The notes: a model not told the origin generated them from the sequence alone. Shown: positions 7,869-18,600, counted from the first letter of the stretch. The stretch: 32,243 nt of DNA from a virus (IMGVR_UViG_3300043932_000317:1-32243), one strand, 5' to 3'. Program-made: numbers and translations.

Positions 7869-8721
7869 CGGCTTTTATCAGCAGGCCTTAAGTATCATTG
7901 GTAATCATCTCCAAGAGTTTTATAACGAATATGCTGATGATAATGGCTTAACTCTTAATCAAGTGTCTCAACAGGTTAATTCCTGGGATATTCAGAGCTT
8001 TTACCAGGCAATTGATGAAATGTTAGCTGATGCTAGTCCTGACGATGAGTTATCTAAACGCTTGCAAGCAATCTTTGCTCAAGCATCTATTTCTCGACGC
8101 GATATGTTGGGTGCAATGATTGGTGCCGGTATGAGCATTGCTACAGCAAAAAGTGAATCATTTGCCGTTAATGAACTTAAGCAGCAGTACATCAACGGAT
8201 ATGAGGACTCTAGCCCTAATAAGTTAACAACGGTTCCGGCTAAAGTAGCCAACCAAGCTGAGTATTCTCAACGAATTTGGGTTCATGGTGACGTCATGAC
8301 GACACGAATGAAAGAAACACTAAATAAAGGTTTGAGTCGTGGCATGCAGAAATCAGACATCAACAAAATGACCCGCAGCATTCCTCAAAGTGGTGATCGA
8401 ATTGATGACAATTTAGCAACGCCTATGAATCAGATGCTGTCCAGAATCCATACGTTAACAACTAATGAAGCTATACGCAATAGCAACAGTGGTAAGAGCA
8501 GAGCGTATGATGAACAGAATGTCCAGTATGTGAAGTGGTTAACCGAGGAAGATGGCCGTGTTTGTGATATTTGTGAACCACTTGATAGACAAACATTTGC
8601 CTATGGACAAGCACCGATTCCAGTCGCGGATACTCATCCAAGGTGTCGTTGCCAGCTGGTAGCCTGTGATGAAGATGGGAATCTGCTGTCTGGTGAACTT
8701 GATCGTGTTTTAACTGAATAA
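7792..8721 (+). CDS. Minor head protein (SPP1 gp7/Mu gpF-like)
   Basis: C-terminal DGRVCDIC...P....HPRCRC; follows portal. Exact start uncertain (7783-7792). Confidence 0.88.
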   Translation: MTTIKQERKKINKLIQRDNRNNQTIDGFYQQALSIIGNHLQEFYNEYADDNGLTLNQVSQQVNSWDIQSFYQAIDEMLADASPDDELSKRLQAIFAQASISRRDMLGAMIGAGMSIATAKSESFAVNELKQQYINGYEDSSPNKLTTVPAKVANQAEYSQRIWVHGDVMTTRMKETLNKGLSRGMQKSDINKMTRSIPQSGDRIDDNLATPMNQMLSRIHTLTTNEAIRNSNSGKSRAYDEQNVQYVKWLTEEDGRVCDICEPLDRQTFAYGQAPIPVADTHPRCRCQLVACDEDGNLLSGELDRVLTE

Positions 8722-8849
8722 GTTACTATAGCACTTAAAACGGTGCCTTTTTATTTTGCCTTTTTCTCGATTGCAGGCGTTAAAGAATAATCGATCTAGT
8801 TATTGCACTTACAAACAATTCAGTCTACGGACTTAAAAAAGGAGTTTTG

Positions 8850-9512
8850 ATGATGAAAACAAATTTGCAATTCTTTGCTGATCCAAGTAATGACCCTGAA
8901 CCAACTGATCCAAAGCCAACATCTAACGATCCTGCTCAAGATCCTAAAGATCCCAAGCCATCTGGTAAAACCTATACACAGGATGATATTGGGAAAATGA
9001 TGGCAGCTAAAGCTAAGGAAGTTGAAAGCAATCTGCAGGATGATTTTGAAAAGAAGCTGAAGCAAAAGGAACAAGAATGGCTTGAAAAGGGTGAAAAACG
9101 AGCCGGCATGAATGCTAGTGAGAAGGCCCAAGCCGATTTAAAAGAGCAACGACAAGCCCTAAAGGAGCAACAAGATCGCCTTCAAGAAAAATTAGATGAA
9201 GCGAACCGTAAAGATGCCTTAGCTGCAACCAAAACGGCTTTAACTGACAAGCACATTCCAGCTGAATTTGCGGAGTTTATTAGTGATGTTAAAGAAGATG
9301 TTCGTAACAACAACTTAGATAAGTTTACAAACTTATTTAACAAAGCAGTTCAGGAAGCTGTTGAAAAGAAAGTTACGGGTAATCAATCACCACAGAATGG
9401 CGGTCAACAATTTAACGCTTCTATGACACGCGAAGATTTTGCGCAGATGAGCCTTGAAGAGCAAACTAACCTTTATCGTCAGAACCCAGATTTGTACAAC
9501 AAACTTAAATAG
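8850..9512 (+). CDS. Capsid scaffolding protein (DUF4355-like)
   Basis: N-terminal NLQFFA, acidic Pro-rich linker, KTYTQDD, coiled coil, ends 'NPDLYNKLK'; precedes capsid. Confidence 0.9.
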   Translation: MMKTNLQFFADPSNDPEPTDPKPTSNDPAQDPKDPKPSGKTYTQDDIGKMMAAKAKEVESNLQDDFEKKLKQKEQEWLEKGEKRAGMNASEKAQADLKEQRQALKEQQDRLQEKLDEANRKDALAATKTALTDKHIPAEFAEFISDVKEDVRNNNLDKFTNLFNKAVQEAVEKKVTGNQSPQNGGQQFNASMTREDFAQMSLEEQTNLYRQNPDLYNKLK

Positions 9513-9524
9513 GAGGTGTAGGTA

Positions 9525-10625
9525 ATGACCGTAATTAACGGAAACCCTACGAATTTTAGCAATTTAATTGAACCAACAGTCTTTTTGGACTGGATCTATC
9601 GTCAAAATACTCAAACTAATCGATTTATTCAATCTGGTGTCTTGAAAAATGACCCAGTATTAGGTGGCCGATTGCTTCAACCGGGACGAACGGTTGAGAT
9701 TCCTGCAATGAATGATTTAAATGGTGACGCTGATGAATGGAATGATACTAACGATATTCAAACTAATGGTGTTGATTCTGCTATGGAATACGGCATTAAA
9801 GCCTATCAGAGCAAGTCATTCGGTAATACTGACTGGGGAGACTTGATTTCTGGCGCAAGCACCCAGCAACAGATTGCCAATCGTTTTGGTAACTGGTGGA
9901 CTCGCCAAGATACAAAGCTTTTGCTGGATACTGTTAAAGCCACTTTCAACAACGCAGATATTGCAACTGCAAAGTCTTTCGGTGTTGGTGCTGAAAAGGA
10001 ATTATCTGCCGCAGACTTTGTTAAGGCACTCGCGCGTATGGGTGATGTAATGGATAACACCTTATCGACATTAGTTGTTAACTCAGCAGCTTATTCAGAA
10101 ATGCGTGAACAACAATTGATTGAATACCTGCAACCTGCTGGCGCAGCTACTCCAATTGCCACTTATCAAGGTATGAGCATCATTCAAGATGATAGCATTC
10201 CGGTTGCTTCTGATGGAACTACTTATGCACTCATCTTCGGCCCTGGAGCCATTGATTATGCAACTGCTACTCCGAATAATGGCCTAGTCGTTCAACGTGA
10301 CGAATTCCAAAAGGGCGGCATGGTAGCCATTATTCAGAAACGAGTAGTTACTTGCCATGTTGCCGGAACAGATGTTGACTTGACTCAAACTAATCCCAAC
10401 ACTTATTTAGCTGATTTGGCAGCAGGAACTAAACCGTTGTTCCAGGTATCATATGATCCACGTAACATTCAATTAGTTAAATATGGCTTTAAAGTTGGAA
10501 CTGATTATGTTGTCCCAACTATCAATTCACCTAAAGCTAAAGCCTCAGGTACGTCAGGCAGTGGATCTGGTTCATCAACCAGCGGTTCTGGATCATCAAC
10601 CAGCGGATCTGGCACTGGTAAATAG
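9525..10625 (+). CDS. Major capsid protein
   Basis: Position after scaffold, 366 aa, 'LIEPTVF...FIQSG...GRTVEIP'; RBS AGGAGGTG. Confidence 0.9.
   Translation: MTVINGNPTNFSNLIEPTVFLDWIYRQNTQTNRFIQSGVLKNDPVLGGRLLQPGRTVEIPAMNDLNGDADEWNDTNDIQTNGVDSAMEYGIKAYQSKSFGNTDWGDLISGASTQQQIANRFGNWWTRQDTKLLLDTVKATFNNADIATAKSFGVGAEKELSAADFVKALARMGDVMDNTLSTLVVNSAAYSEMREQQLIEYLQPAGAATPIATYQGMSIIQDDSIPVASDGTTYALIFGPGAIDYATATPNNGLVVQRDEFQKGGMVAIIQKRVVTCHVAGTDVDLTQTNPNTYLADLAAGTKPLFQVSYDPRNIQLVKYGFKVGTDYVVPTINSPKAKASGTSGSGSGSSTSGSGSSTSGSGTGK
10547..10620 (+). repeat. Gly/Ser/Thr coding repeat at capsid C-terminus (21-nt unit)
   Basis: GGwTCATCAACCAGCGGwTCT twice; encodes SGSGSSTSGSGSSTSGSG. Confidence 0.8.
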
Positions 10626-10638
10626 GAGGTAATCAGCG

Positions 10639-10980
10639 ATGGCTGAAACACCCACAATCGTTGATGTGAAAAGTGATTATAAAATTTTTCAAAGTTTCAG
10701 TGATGACCATATTACTGAAAGAATTAATGATGCAATCGCAAAAGCTCAGCATGATCAAATTAGTGATGACGCGTTAGCAAGGGGAATTATCTCTTGGACG
10801 CGTCATTTATTATATACAGACTGGTTTATGAACTATGGTGGTGTTCAGTCTGCTGGTACTTTTGGCAACACCCAAACTATGGTTAACTTCAATGGCATTG
10901 ATCCCTATTTACAAGAATATAACCAAATAGTTGATGATTATGGTGTTTCAGATGATATGGGAGCCGTGTGGACAGAATGA
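10639..10980 (+). CDS. Head-tail adaptor (DUF4054-like)
   Basis: Size, position after capsid, helical N-terminus, 'PYLQEY' near C-terminus. Confidence 0.65.
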   Translation: MAETPTIVDVKSDYKIFQSFSDDHITERINDAIAKAQHDQISDDALARGIISWTRHLLYTDWFMNYGGVQSAGTFGNTQTMVNFNGIDPYLQEYNQIVDDYGVSDDMGAVWTE

Positions 10981-11606
10981 CAGAGGACTTTAATCATTTA
11001 ACCAGTGGCATTGAACAGCTGGAAAAATTACAGAGCGTCAGATTATCCATTGGGGTGCCCTGGACTAACAGTCGTTTGAATATGATCGCTTTGGTTAATG
11101 AATATGGGGCAGACGATAGCATAGCAGATGCTTATCCGAGTATAAAGCCTAAGAATAAAGCATGTCTAATCATTCCAACTAAAGAAGCTAAAGGGCGTAA
11201 GCCCGGAGAGATTGCCAATCTTTTTAGGCCCAAGCCACCACATAATCATGTTTTGGCGGTCCCAGATAAATCGCAACCTTATGGAATGCGAGTGATGTTC
11301 ATATTAAAGGATGAGGTGCATATTCCACCGCGTCCTTTTTTGCGTTACACGTTTGACCACTATCTTGATAATTGGACTGAATTAGCTGCTGATTTGGCAT
11401 TTAAAGTATTCATTCGAGAGATAAATTATCAGGACGTTTTTCCTGTTTTGGGTGATGCTATTGTCAAAGATATTAAGCGAACCATAAAAGAATTCAGTGA
11501 ACCAAAAAATGCACCATTAACAATTGCGAACAAAGGATTTGATGATCCATTGATTGAAAAGGGCGAGTTACGCGACTCCATTCATTGGATTACAGAAAGG
11601 ATTTGA
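10977..11606 (+). CDS. Neck/tail completion protein
   Basis: IA.VNEYG, IPPRPFLR, NAPLTIANKGFDDPLIEKGELRDSI motifs of myovirus neck-region proteins. Confidence 0.75.
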   Translation: MTEDFNHLTSGIEQLEKLQSVRLSIGVPWTNSRLNMIALVNEYGADDSIADAYPSIKPKNKACLIIPTKEAKGRKPGEIANLFRPKPPHNHVLAVPDKSQPYGMRVMFILKDEVHIPPRPFLRYTFDHYLDNWTELAADLAFKVFIREINYQDVFPVLGDAIVKDIKRTIKEFSEPKNAPLTIANKGFDDPLIEKGELRDSIHWITERI

Positions 11607-11610
11607 TTTT

Positions 11611-11997
11611 ATGAGTAAAGAACTAGTTGTTGTAGAAGCCGTTAAAGATAGCAACGGAGCTTATGTAAAACCGGAACGTAGCACTGAAAAACCAGACAAT
11701 ATTGCATTCTTGCCTAGTGCTTCTGCTCCCTATGTGGTTCATATTACTGGTTATGATGCTGGCGATAGTATTCCCGACGGAAAATATTATGCTGCTTTTT
11801 ATGATCCAGATACTCAAAAATTCTTAGGACAATTTATTGCCGTGCCGGGTTTTACCGTTGCTGGTGAATCAACCCCTGGCAATGTCAAAGTGGTACCAAC
11901 AGAAGTTGGTGGTGACGTAAGCTTGGGTGATCAGAGCACTACACAAGCCTCAGATGCTCCTTCAACTACTAATAGTCAAGCAACTACTGGTAAGTAA
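11611..11997 (+). CDS. Small beta-rich virion accessory protein
   Basis: ATG 11611 after GAAAGGA; beta-strand pattern and S/T-rich tail. Confidence 0.65.
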   Translation: MSKELVVVEAVKDSNGAYVKPERSTEKPDNIAFLPSASAPYVVHITGYDAGDSIPDGKYYAAFYDPDTQKFLGQFIAVPGFTVAGESTPGNVKVVPTEVGGDVSLGDQSTTQASDAPSTTNSQATTGK

Positions 11998-11999
11998 TC

Positions 12000-12371
12000 A
12001 TGGCGTTTCAGAACTTTAACAACTTTGCTTTTATGAACGATCAGTTAGCTGAAGACCTAACGATTACTGTTATTGGAAAAGATACCGGTGAAACAGACGA
12101 TCTTGGGAAACCAATTATGGGACCAGATGAGGTCTATCACGTTTCCGAAGTTATCACTAATACCACTAATCCTAACATGACGTACAGTCAAGAAGATGGC
12201 GGACAATTACCGGTTGGCACGTTATATTGGTTATCTCATATGGTAGCTTGTCCTAAGGGAACGATAGTCCAACGATCTAATGGGTCGAAGTACGAAGTAG
12301 TCAATCACGCGGACGATTTATCCGCCGGAATGACTTACTACCAGATAAAAGAGGTTGGTACTGATGAGTAA
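12000..12371 (+). CDS. Head closure/stopper-like protein
   Basis: Position and size; 'G.KYEVV..' beta pattern. Confidence 0.6.
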   Translation: MAFQNFNNFAFMNDQLAEDLTITVIGKDTGETDDLGKPIMGPDEVYHVSEVITNTTNPNMTYSQEDGGQLPVGTLYWLSHMVACPKGTIVQRSNGSKYEVVNHADDLSAGMTYYQIKEVGTDE

Positions 12372-12852
12372 CGATTTTTATCATGCTTTCTCGGCCGCCT
12401 TGGTTGCCGAGATTAAGCAATACTTCCCAGGTGTTACCGTGCGTCTACAAAGTGTCAACAGTGCTTCGCCAGCATATCCCTATATCACTTATAAGATATA
12501 CGATGACTATGATCGGGTATTGTTTAGCGATGTGGAAAACGAAACGTTTGATTTGCATGTTCAATTTAAGGCTATTTCAAATGATGAAATGGAAGCTAAA
12601 TCATTAGGACATCAGTTACGAAAATTGTTTTTTCTACAGCAGCCTGAATATGATTTGCTTCAAAAAGGCATTGTGGCTAAAGACTGTGATGCTATTCCAC
12701 CAGTTGATCAATATTTAGATGTTGATTGGCAATTCACGGCGGGGGCTGATTATACGTTTGAAGTTCAAGACAACTTCACTGATCAAACACAAACGGGAAA
12801 TATTGCCAGTGTAAATCCAGAATTTAATATAAAAAAAGGAGCTGAATCATAG
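12364..12852 (+). CDS. Neck/tail terminator protein
   Basis: P.YPYITY motif; immediately upstream of sheath. Confidence 0.7.
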   Translation: MSNDFYHAFSAALVAEIKQYFPGVTVRLQSVNSASPAYPYITYKIYDDYDRVLFSDVENETFDLHVQFKAISNDEMEAKSLGHQLRKLFFLQQPEYDLLQKGIVAKDCDAIPPVDQYLDVDWQFTAGADYTFEVQDNFTDQTQTGNIASVNPEFNIKKGAES

Positions 12853-13946
12853 TGTCAGATATTGTTAAACAAACTACTGATGTACATTTCATTGTTGCTA
12901 TCCACGCTTTAACCAATTCGGATAGCACTCCATTGGTAGCAATTGATACAAAAAATACCGATGCCACTACCAAGAGCAACATTTATGATGACTTAAATAG
13001 TTTATCGGCAGATTATGCAGAAAACACAGGTGTCTATGCTCAAGCAGCAGCTATGTTCGAGGTTAATGGTTTTAATGGGCCTGTTGAAGTTATTGCACAT
13101 CCTAATGTGGATTCCAATACACCTTCAGGGGTTCAATCTCAAGGAACAACTACCGGTGGTACGGTTACGGCTACCACAACACCGGGAATTGTTGTTGGAA
13201 TTACCCAGCATCTATTTGATGGTTTTAAATATTTAGTACTTGACGGAGCAACCGAGACTGAGATCGAAGCGCTTTCTGATTTTCTATATGATAACCAAAG
13301 AATTATGTTGGTAACTCAGCCAAACTCGGTTACCGCACTGAAAACGTTAGCAACTCATGTTGCTGGCTATCAAACAGTAAAGAACCAGTTAGGCAACACT
13401 GCTGCAATTGTTGAAACGGCTACGGATCGTTATCCTGCTGCTCAATCAGTAGCGTACGCCGCTGCTAACCTACCAGTTGATTTTCAGCATATTGGTAGCC
13501 TTTCACAGTTTGAACCAGATGCTGATTTAACAACCGATGATCATGATACAATTGCTGGCTTGAATGCCACTTTGGTCGTGAATAAGGCTGGCGATTATAT
13601 GCTGTTAAATGGTAAAGCACTTGCTGGCAATTACATTGATCAATTTGTTCATACTCAATTAGTGATTGATACATTGCAAACTAACTTGCAAAAATATCTT
13701 AACCGTAAGAATTTCCCAATTTACAATGATGCAACAATCAAAGAGATGACACAAACTATCAACGCTGTCAGCACAAGCCTATTACAAATGGGTGTGTTGT
13801 ATACGGCAATTGCTGTTAACAGTGTGCCTAGATCCAATGTGTTGAACAGTGACGTTACTGCCCGTAAATATAATGGGTTTAGTTTAAGCACTCAAATTGC
13901 TGACGACATTGATACGATTAATGCCAAACTTGATTTGACTTTGTAA
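12852..13946 (+). CDS. Tail sheath protein (DUF3383-like)
   Basis: C-terminal 'GKALAGNYIDQ...PIYNDA.I...DVTARKYNGF...I..I' pattern; baseplate J gene downstream. Confidence 0.8.
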   Translation: MSDIVKQTTDVHFIVAIHALTNSDSTPLVAIDTKNTDATTKSNIYDDLNSLSADYAENTGVYAQAAAMFEVNGFNGPVEVIAHPNVDSNTPSGVQSQGTTTGGTVTATTTPGIVVGITQHLFDGFKYLVLDGATETEIEALSDFLYDNQRIMLVTQPNSVTALKTLATHVAGYQTVKNQLGNTAAIVETATDRYPAAQSVAYAAANLPVDFQHIGSLSQFEPDADLTTDDHDTIAGLNATLVVNKAGDYMLLNGKALAGNYIDQFVHTQLVIDTLQTNLQKYLNRKNFPIYNDATIKEMTQTINAVSTSLLQMGVLYTAIAVNSVPRSNVLNSDVTARKYNGFSLSTQIADDIDTINAKLDLTL

Positions 13947-13962
13947 AGGGAGGGAAATACTA

Positions 13963-14460
13963 ATGGCAATTACATTATCCAATGGTAAAGAAGTCAATCT
14001 TTACTCTGCTCGTTTCCTCCATATTTATTTACTGTGGAAGAACCAATCTAAAGAACTTGGTGGCTTTCAAAGTGGTGAAGCATTTAGTTCGCAGAGAACG
14101 AGTGCTGATACTACTATGCAAGGCGATTTTCATTCGAATGTTATGTTTTTTGATACAGAAGATGAAACTGGAACGCTTACCTTAAACACCTACCCAGGAA
14201 CATCTACGACAGATATTCTGTTCTATATGTATCATGCTCAGCATGACTTAATGGAAGAAGGTCCATTAACTGCTGATGATTTGTTCGGATTGAACATTGT
14301 TAATTCATCAACTGGAGAAAAAATTACCGCAGAAGGATGCCGACTCGCCGGTTTGCCAGCTAACCAGGGTAATGAAGCAGCATATTCATTGGCATGGTCA
14401 GTTTTGGTTGGTTACTATCAAAATACTGGTAATACGCCAGACGATTCAATGTTTTCTTAA
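13963..14460 (+). CDS. Tail tube protein (DUF3277-like)
   Basis: Follows sheath; 'LGGFQ.GE.FS...DETGTLTL' pattern. Confidence 0.75.
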   Translation: MAITLSNGKEVNLYSARFLHIYLLWKNQSKELGGFQSGEAFSSQRTSADTTMQGDFHSNVMFFDTEDETGTLTLNTYPGTSTTDILFYMYHAQHDLMEEGPLTADDLFGLNIVNSSTGEKITAEGCRLAGLPANQGNEAAYSLAWSVLVGYYQNTGNTPDDSMFS

Positions 14461-14519
14461 ATTAAAATGGAACAGGGGGCTACCGCTGCGGTGGTCCTCT
14501 ACATAAGGAGTAAATTAAA

Positions 14520-15146
14520 ATGGAAAATAGTGAAAAAAAGCTTGAAGCCTTAATGGGCAATGAGATTCATAAAACAGTTGAATGGACAGACGATAAGGAT
14601 AAAAAACACACAACAAAGATCACTTTGCAAGACCCAGGTATTGGAGTGGCTACCCAAGTTATGGATTTAATGAATGTCGGCGACGACACGTCTGATTACG
14701 GTAAAGCATTTGAATTATTGATGCAGAACGTCCTAGTTAGTCCACATTTGAATTACGGTATCTTGAATCATGATTTACCAGAAAAACTAACTAAGAAAAC
14801 GATTATTAAGCAAAACAGTGCTGGTGATGAAGTAAAAATTAATATGGTCTTTCCGGGTTACCGAACGGCATTACAAATCTTTATGATGACTAACCGCCCT
14901 TCTGGAGCACTCAATATGCACGATACTTTGGATTCTCTTGATAAGGAAGTTTTGCGTACTGATGAAAGCACGCCACAAATCGTCAAAATGAAGTATTGGA
15001 ATGTAGGCGAACATGGTTCTGGGTTAGGTGCTACTGCATTAAGTGAGGCGCAAGCCTATCTTGGGGCGTTATTGGCACGGAACGGCTTACTAAATATTTT
15101 GATGGAATCGTTTCGCTTTCTTGCAACAACGCTACGACCAAAGTAA
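14520..15146 (+). CDS. Tail assembly chaperone (short form)
   Basis: Between tube and tape measure; RBS AAGGAG. Confidence 0.7.
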   Translation: MENSEKKLEALMGNEIHKTVEWTDDKDKKHTTKITLQDPGIGVATQVMDLMNVGDDTSDYGKAFELLMQNVLVSPHLNYGILNHDLPEKLTKKTIIKQNSAGDEVKINMVFPGYRTALQIFMMTNRPSGALNMHDTLDSLDKEVLRTDESTPQIVKMKYWNVGEHGSGLGATALSEAQAYLGALLARNGLLNILMESFRFLATTLRPK

Positions 15147-15405
15147 TTCCAAATATGTTAATGAATTTGGCAAAATTGATGACCATTTGGCAGAAAAAGA
15201 AATCAATAAAGATTTTCTGGTTATGTCAGTTGAATTAGGAGTTAGTGAAGATCAGATTAACTTGATGACTCAAGATGAATATATTTTTAATCGAGCCAAA
15301 GCTAAATTAGTTCGACAAGAAAAGGAATCGGTTATTGCCCAAGGTGTGTATTATGGCATGGCTAAAATATTAAATGAAATGTTTGGGAAAAAGAAGGGAA
15401 AATAA
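15103..15405 (+). CDS. Tail chaperone C-terminal extension in +1 frame
   Basis: +1 frame open 15103-15405, overlaps chaperone end, no clear RBS of its own. Confidence 0.6.
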   Translation, partial: WNRFAFLQQRYDQSNSKYVNEFGKIDDHLAEKEINKDFLVMSVELGVSEDQINLMTQDEYIFNRAKAKLVRQEKESVIAQGVYYGMAKILNEMFGKKKGK

Positions 15406-15418
15406 AAGGAGGCAGAGC

Positions 15419-15574
15419 ATGATGTGCAATAAAAATGTGATTCCAGAAAATAAGAATTTCCAAAATCACAAATATAAATCTATTTTTACTGGGTTAACAT
15501 TCAAAGGCAGTCCCGTTTCCAAGCAAGAGTATGAACGTCATTACAAAGAATATGTTGCACGATGCTCTGGTTAG
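15419..15574 (+). CDS. 51-aa hypothetical protein before tape measure
   Basis: Strong RBS AAAGGAGG 7 nt before ATG. Confidence 0.55.
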   Translation: MMCNKNVIPENKNFQNHKYKSIFTGLTFKGSPVSKQEYERHYKEYVARCSG

Positions 15575-15651
15575 AGCCCGAATGGAATGTTTTCATTATC
15601 CCACTAAGGAGTTCAACATAAAAAGATTAATTAGAAAGGAGGCAAATAATA

Positions 15652-18600
15652 ATGGCTGAAGCAAAAGAAGTTCGTCATGCTGGCATTGGACTTGATCTCA
15701 GTATGAATGGACTAGACGATTTTAAACGGGCTAACAGCATGATGGATGACTTCCTGGAGACAATGAAAGAAGCCTCTCGAATTACTGATAAATTCAAAAA
15801 CAATTTTAGTGGCTTTGGTGGTAAGAGTAGTGACGAAGTCAGAAAGACTCGTGATGCAGTCCAAGACGTTTATCACAGTATGGGTTCTGCAAAGAATGAA
15901 ACAAATCAGGTCACTGAAAACGTTCATAAAATGCAGCAGGAATTTAAGTATACGAGTGATGCCGCCAAAAAAATAAAGCTGAATTCAGGACTGAATAATG
16001 AAGCCAAAAAAGATGCTGATACAATTCACAAAGTCCAAGATGAGCTGCGTGATTTACCAACTAAAAAGGTTACAGATATTAAAACTAATTTTGATAACTC
16101 AAACAAATCTGCCAGCAATGGTTCAAAATTAATCAAAGATTATAGTGATCATGTTGATAAAGCGCATGATCGTGTTAAACGACTACACGATATTATTTTC
16201 GGTAGTTTTGTTGGGACAGCAGTTTCTAATGGTATTCAGAATTTAGCTTCAGGTATTTGGAGCTCTGCTAAGAATGGCTTCGAACTAGCCGAAGCAGGTG
16301 AACGTATTGCAAGTCAGTGGAAAACGGTTGGCTTAACCAGCAAACAGACAGAGGAATTAGGCGATCAAATAGGTGATATTCGTTCTAAAGCCGATATGTC
16401 TGGTGGTGCTATCAATGATATGCAGAAAAAGATTTATGCTCTAACTAGCAGTGTTCCAATAACTAAAACCTTGGTTAATGAAATGTCCGCTTATGGATCA
16501 GAAGCTGGTAAAACTGGTGAACAAATTCAGCAAATGACAGGCATGGTTGCTAAGTCGTTGGGTTCCAAAACAGTAAGCGCTGGATTCTTTAACCGAGTAT
16601 TTGGTCAATTGCCGGCTTTGCGGAAGCAAATTCAAGAAGCCAGTGGTATGACTACTTCAGCTTTCAATAAAGCGTTACAAAATAGTAAAATAAGCGGCTC
16701 TCAAATGCAAAGCTGGATGATAAAGGCTGCCAAGGGTAGTGGATCGGCATGGAAAGCATTTGGTAAAACCACTGCTGGGCAGATAGCTGCCATTAAAGGT
16801 GAATGGCAAAATTTGGAAGTGGCTTTTGCCAAACCTTTATCTGCTGGGTTTGCTAAGGGCATGGATTCAATGACTGGTAGAAATGGTGGTTTAAAGTCTG
16901 CCCGTAAAGAACTAGAGAATATTGTTAAACTATTAGGGACAAAGGTTGGCGATTTTGCTGGTAAAGCGGTTGCTTTTATTGGCCAACACCATAGTGACCT
17001 GAATAAGATTGTTACTTCTCTTTTCTCAATTGTTAAAAGCCTTGCGATTGGAGTATGGAAACCAATAGCTGCTGTTATTAAATCAATGAGCGGAAATAGC
17101 GGCAAAGCTTCCAAGGGGTTAAAAGGTATTGCTAATGGATTAAAGAATATTGCTAAACAGAAATCTCTTATTAAAGGGGTTGGGACAGCGTTACTAGGAT
17201 TATTTGTGGCAAAAAAAATTCTAGATACGATACGGGCCTTAAAAAGGTTTAGAGAAGAGATTTTAAAAGTAACTGGTGCTGAAAAGCTCATGGATATAGT
17301 AACTGATGCTAACCCCTTTGTTTTGCTTGGCGTAGCAGTGGTTGCCGTTGGTGCAGCCTTGTATGAATTATATAAGCACAACAAGAAGTTTCGTAAATTC
17401 GTCAACGGTTTAATTTCATGGTCAAAAAAGGCGTGGAAAGATATTACTAAATGGTTTGGAAAATTAGCCAAAGACGTTTCTAAATACATTAATAATTTGG
17501 TAAAAGATGTCAATAATCGTTGGGGCTGGCTATTCAAGGATATGGCCAAAATAATTAAGGACGCTTGGCGTACTATCAAGAGCCTTATTCAAGTAATTGT
17601 TGACGTGTTTACTGGTAAATGGGGTCGACTTGGTAAAGATATTGGAAAGTTAACCAAAGATCTTTGGAATGATGTTAAAGATCTATTTAAGACTGGTTTT
17701 GATTGGGTTAATAAACTAACCGGCGGCAGGCTTGAAGATACGATTAAATTCTTTAGCAATGCTTGGAAAGATATCGGCAAGGGATGGAAAGACTTCTGGA
17801 ATGGGATTGATGATTGGTTTAGTAATCTTTGGAAAGGAATTGTTAAGCACGTTCAGAATGGTATCAACGACATCATAAAAGTTCTAAATGATGGCATTGG
17901 TTTAATTGATGGAGTTATCCACATGTTTGGTGGTTCAAGTAAAGCAATTGGTAAGATTGGTTATGTTCACTTTGCTAATGGTACAGGTATGCTTGGCAAT
18001 CAACGCCGTGAGATTACTAAACCAACTTTAGCAATGTTAAATGACGGCCATGACTCACCTGAAACTGGTAATCGTGAAATGCTGATTCATCCTAATGGTA
18101 TGAGTGAACTGATTAAAGGAACTAATGTTAAACGATTGCTTGAACCAGGCGCTGAAATTTTAAACGCTTCTGAAACAAAGTTTGCCTTATCGCTGAATGG
18201 GATGAGCCACTTTGCTAAGGGAACTGGTTTGCTAAGCAATCTATGGAATGGTGCTAAGAGCATTGGCTCATCGGTTGTTGGCGGTGTTGAAAAAGGATTC
18301 GGAGCAATTGGTAACTTCGCTGGTGGCGTTGTTAAGGCCACTAAGAAAGTATTTGATACCGTTAAGTCAATTGTTAAGGATCCAAGTAAATATTTAAATG
18401 GACTGCTTAAAAAGCCATCTGGCAAGGGAACTGTTTTATCAGACTTTGCCAATGGCTTCTTTGGTAAGATGAAATCCTCGGCTACTAATTGGTGGAAGTC
18501 TCTTTGGGGGATGGTTAATCTGGATGGAGGCAGTGGCGGTGATGCTACCGGACTACTGGCCGCTGTTGAAAAGTATGGTCGTGGTAAAAGATATGTTTGG

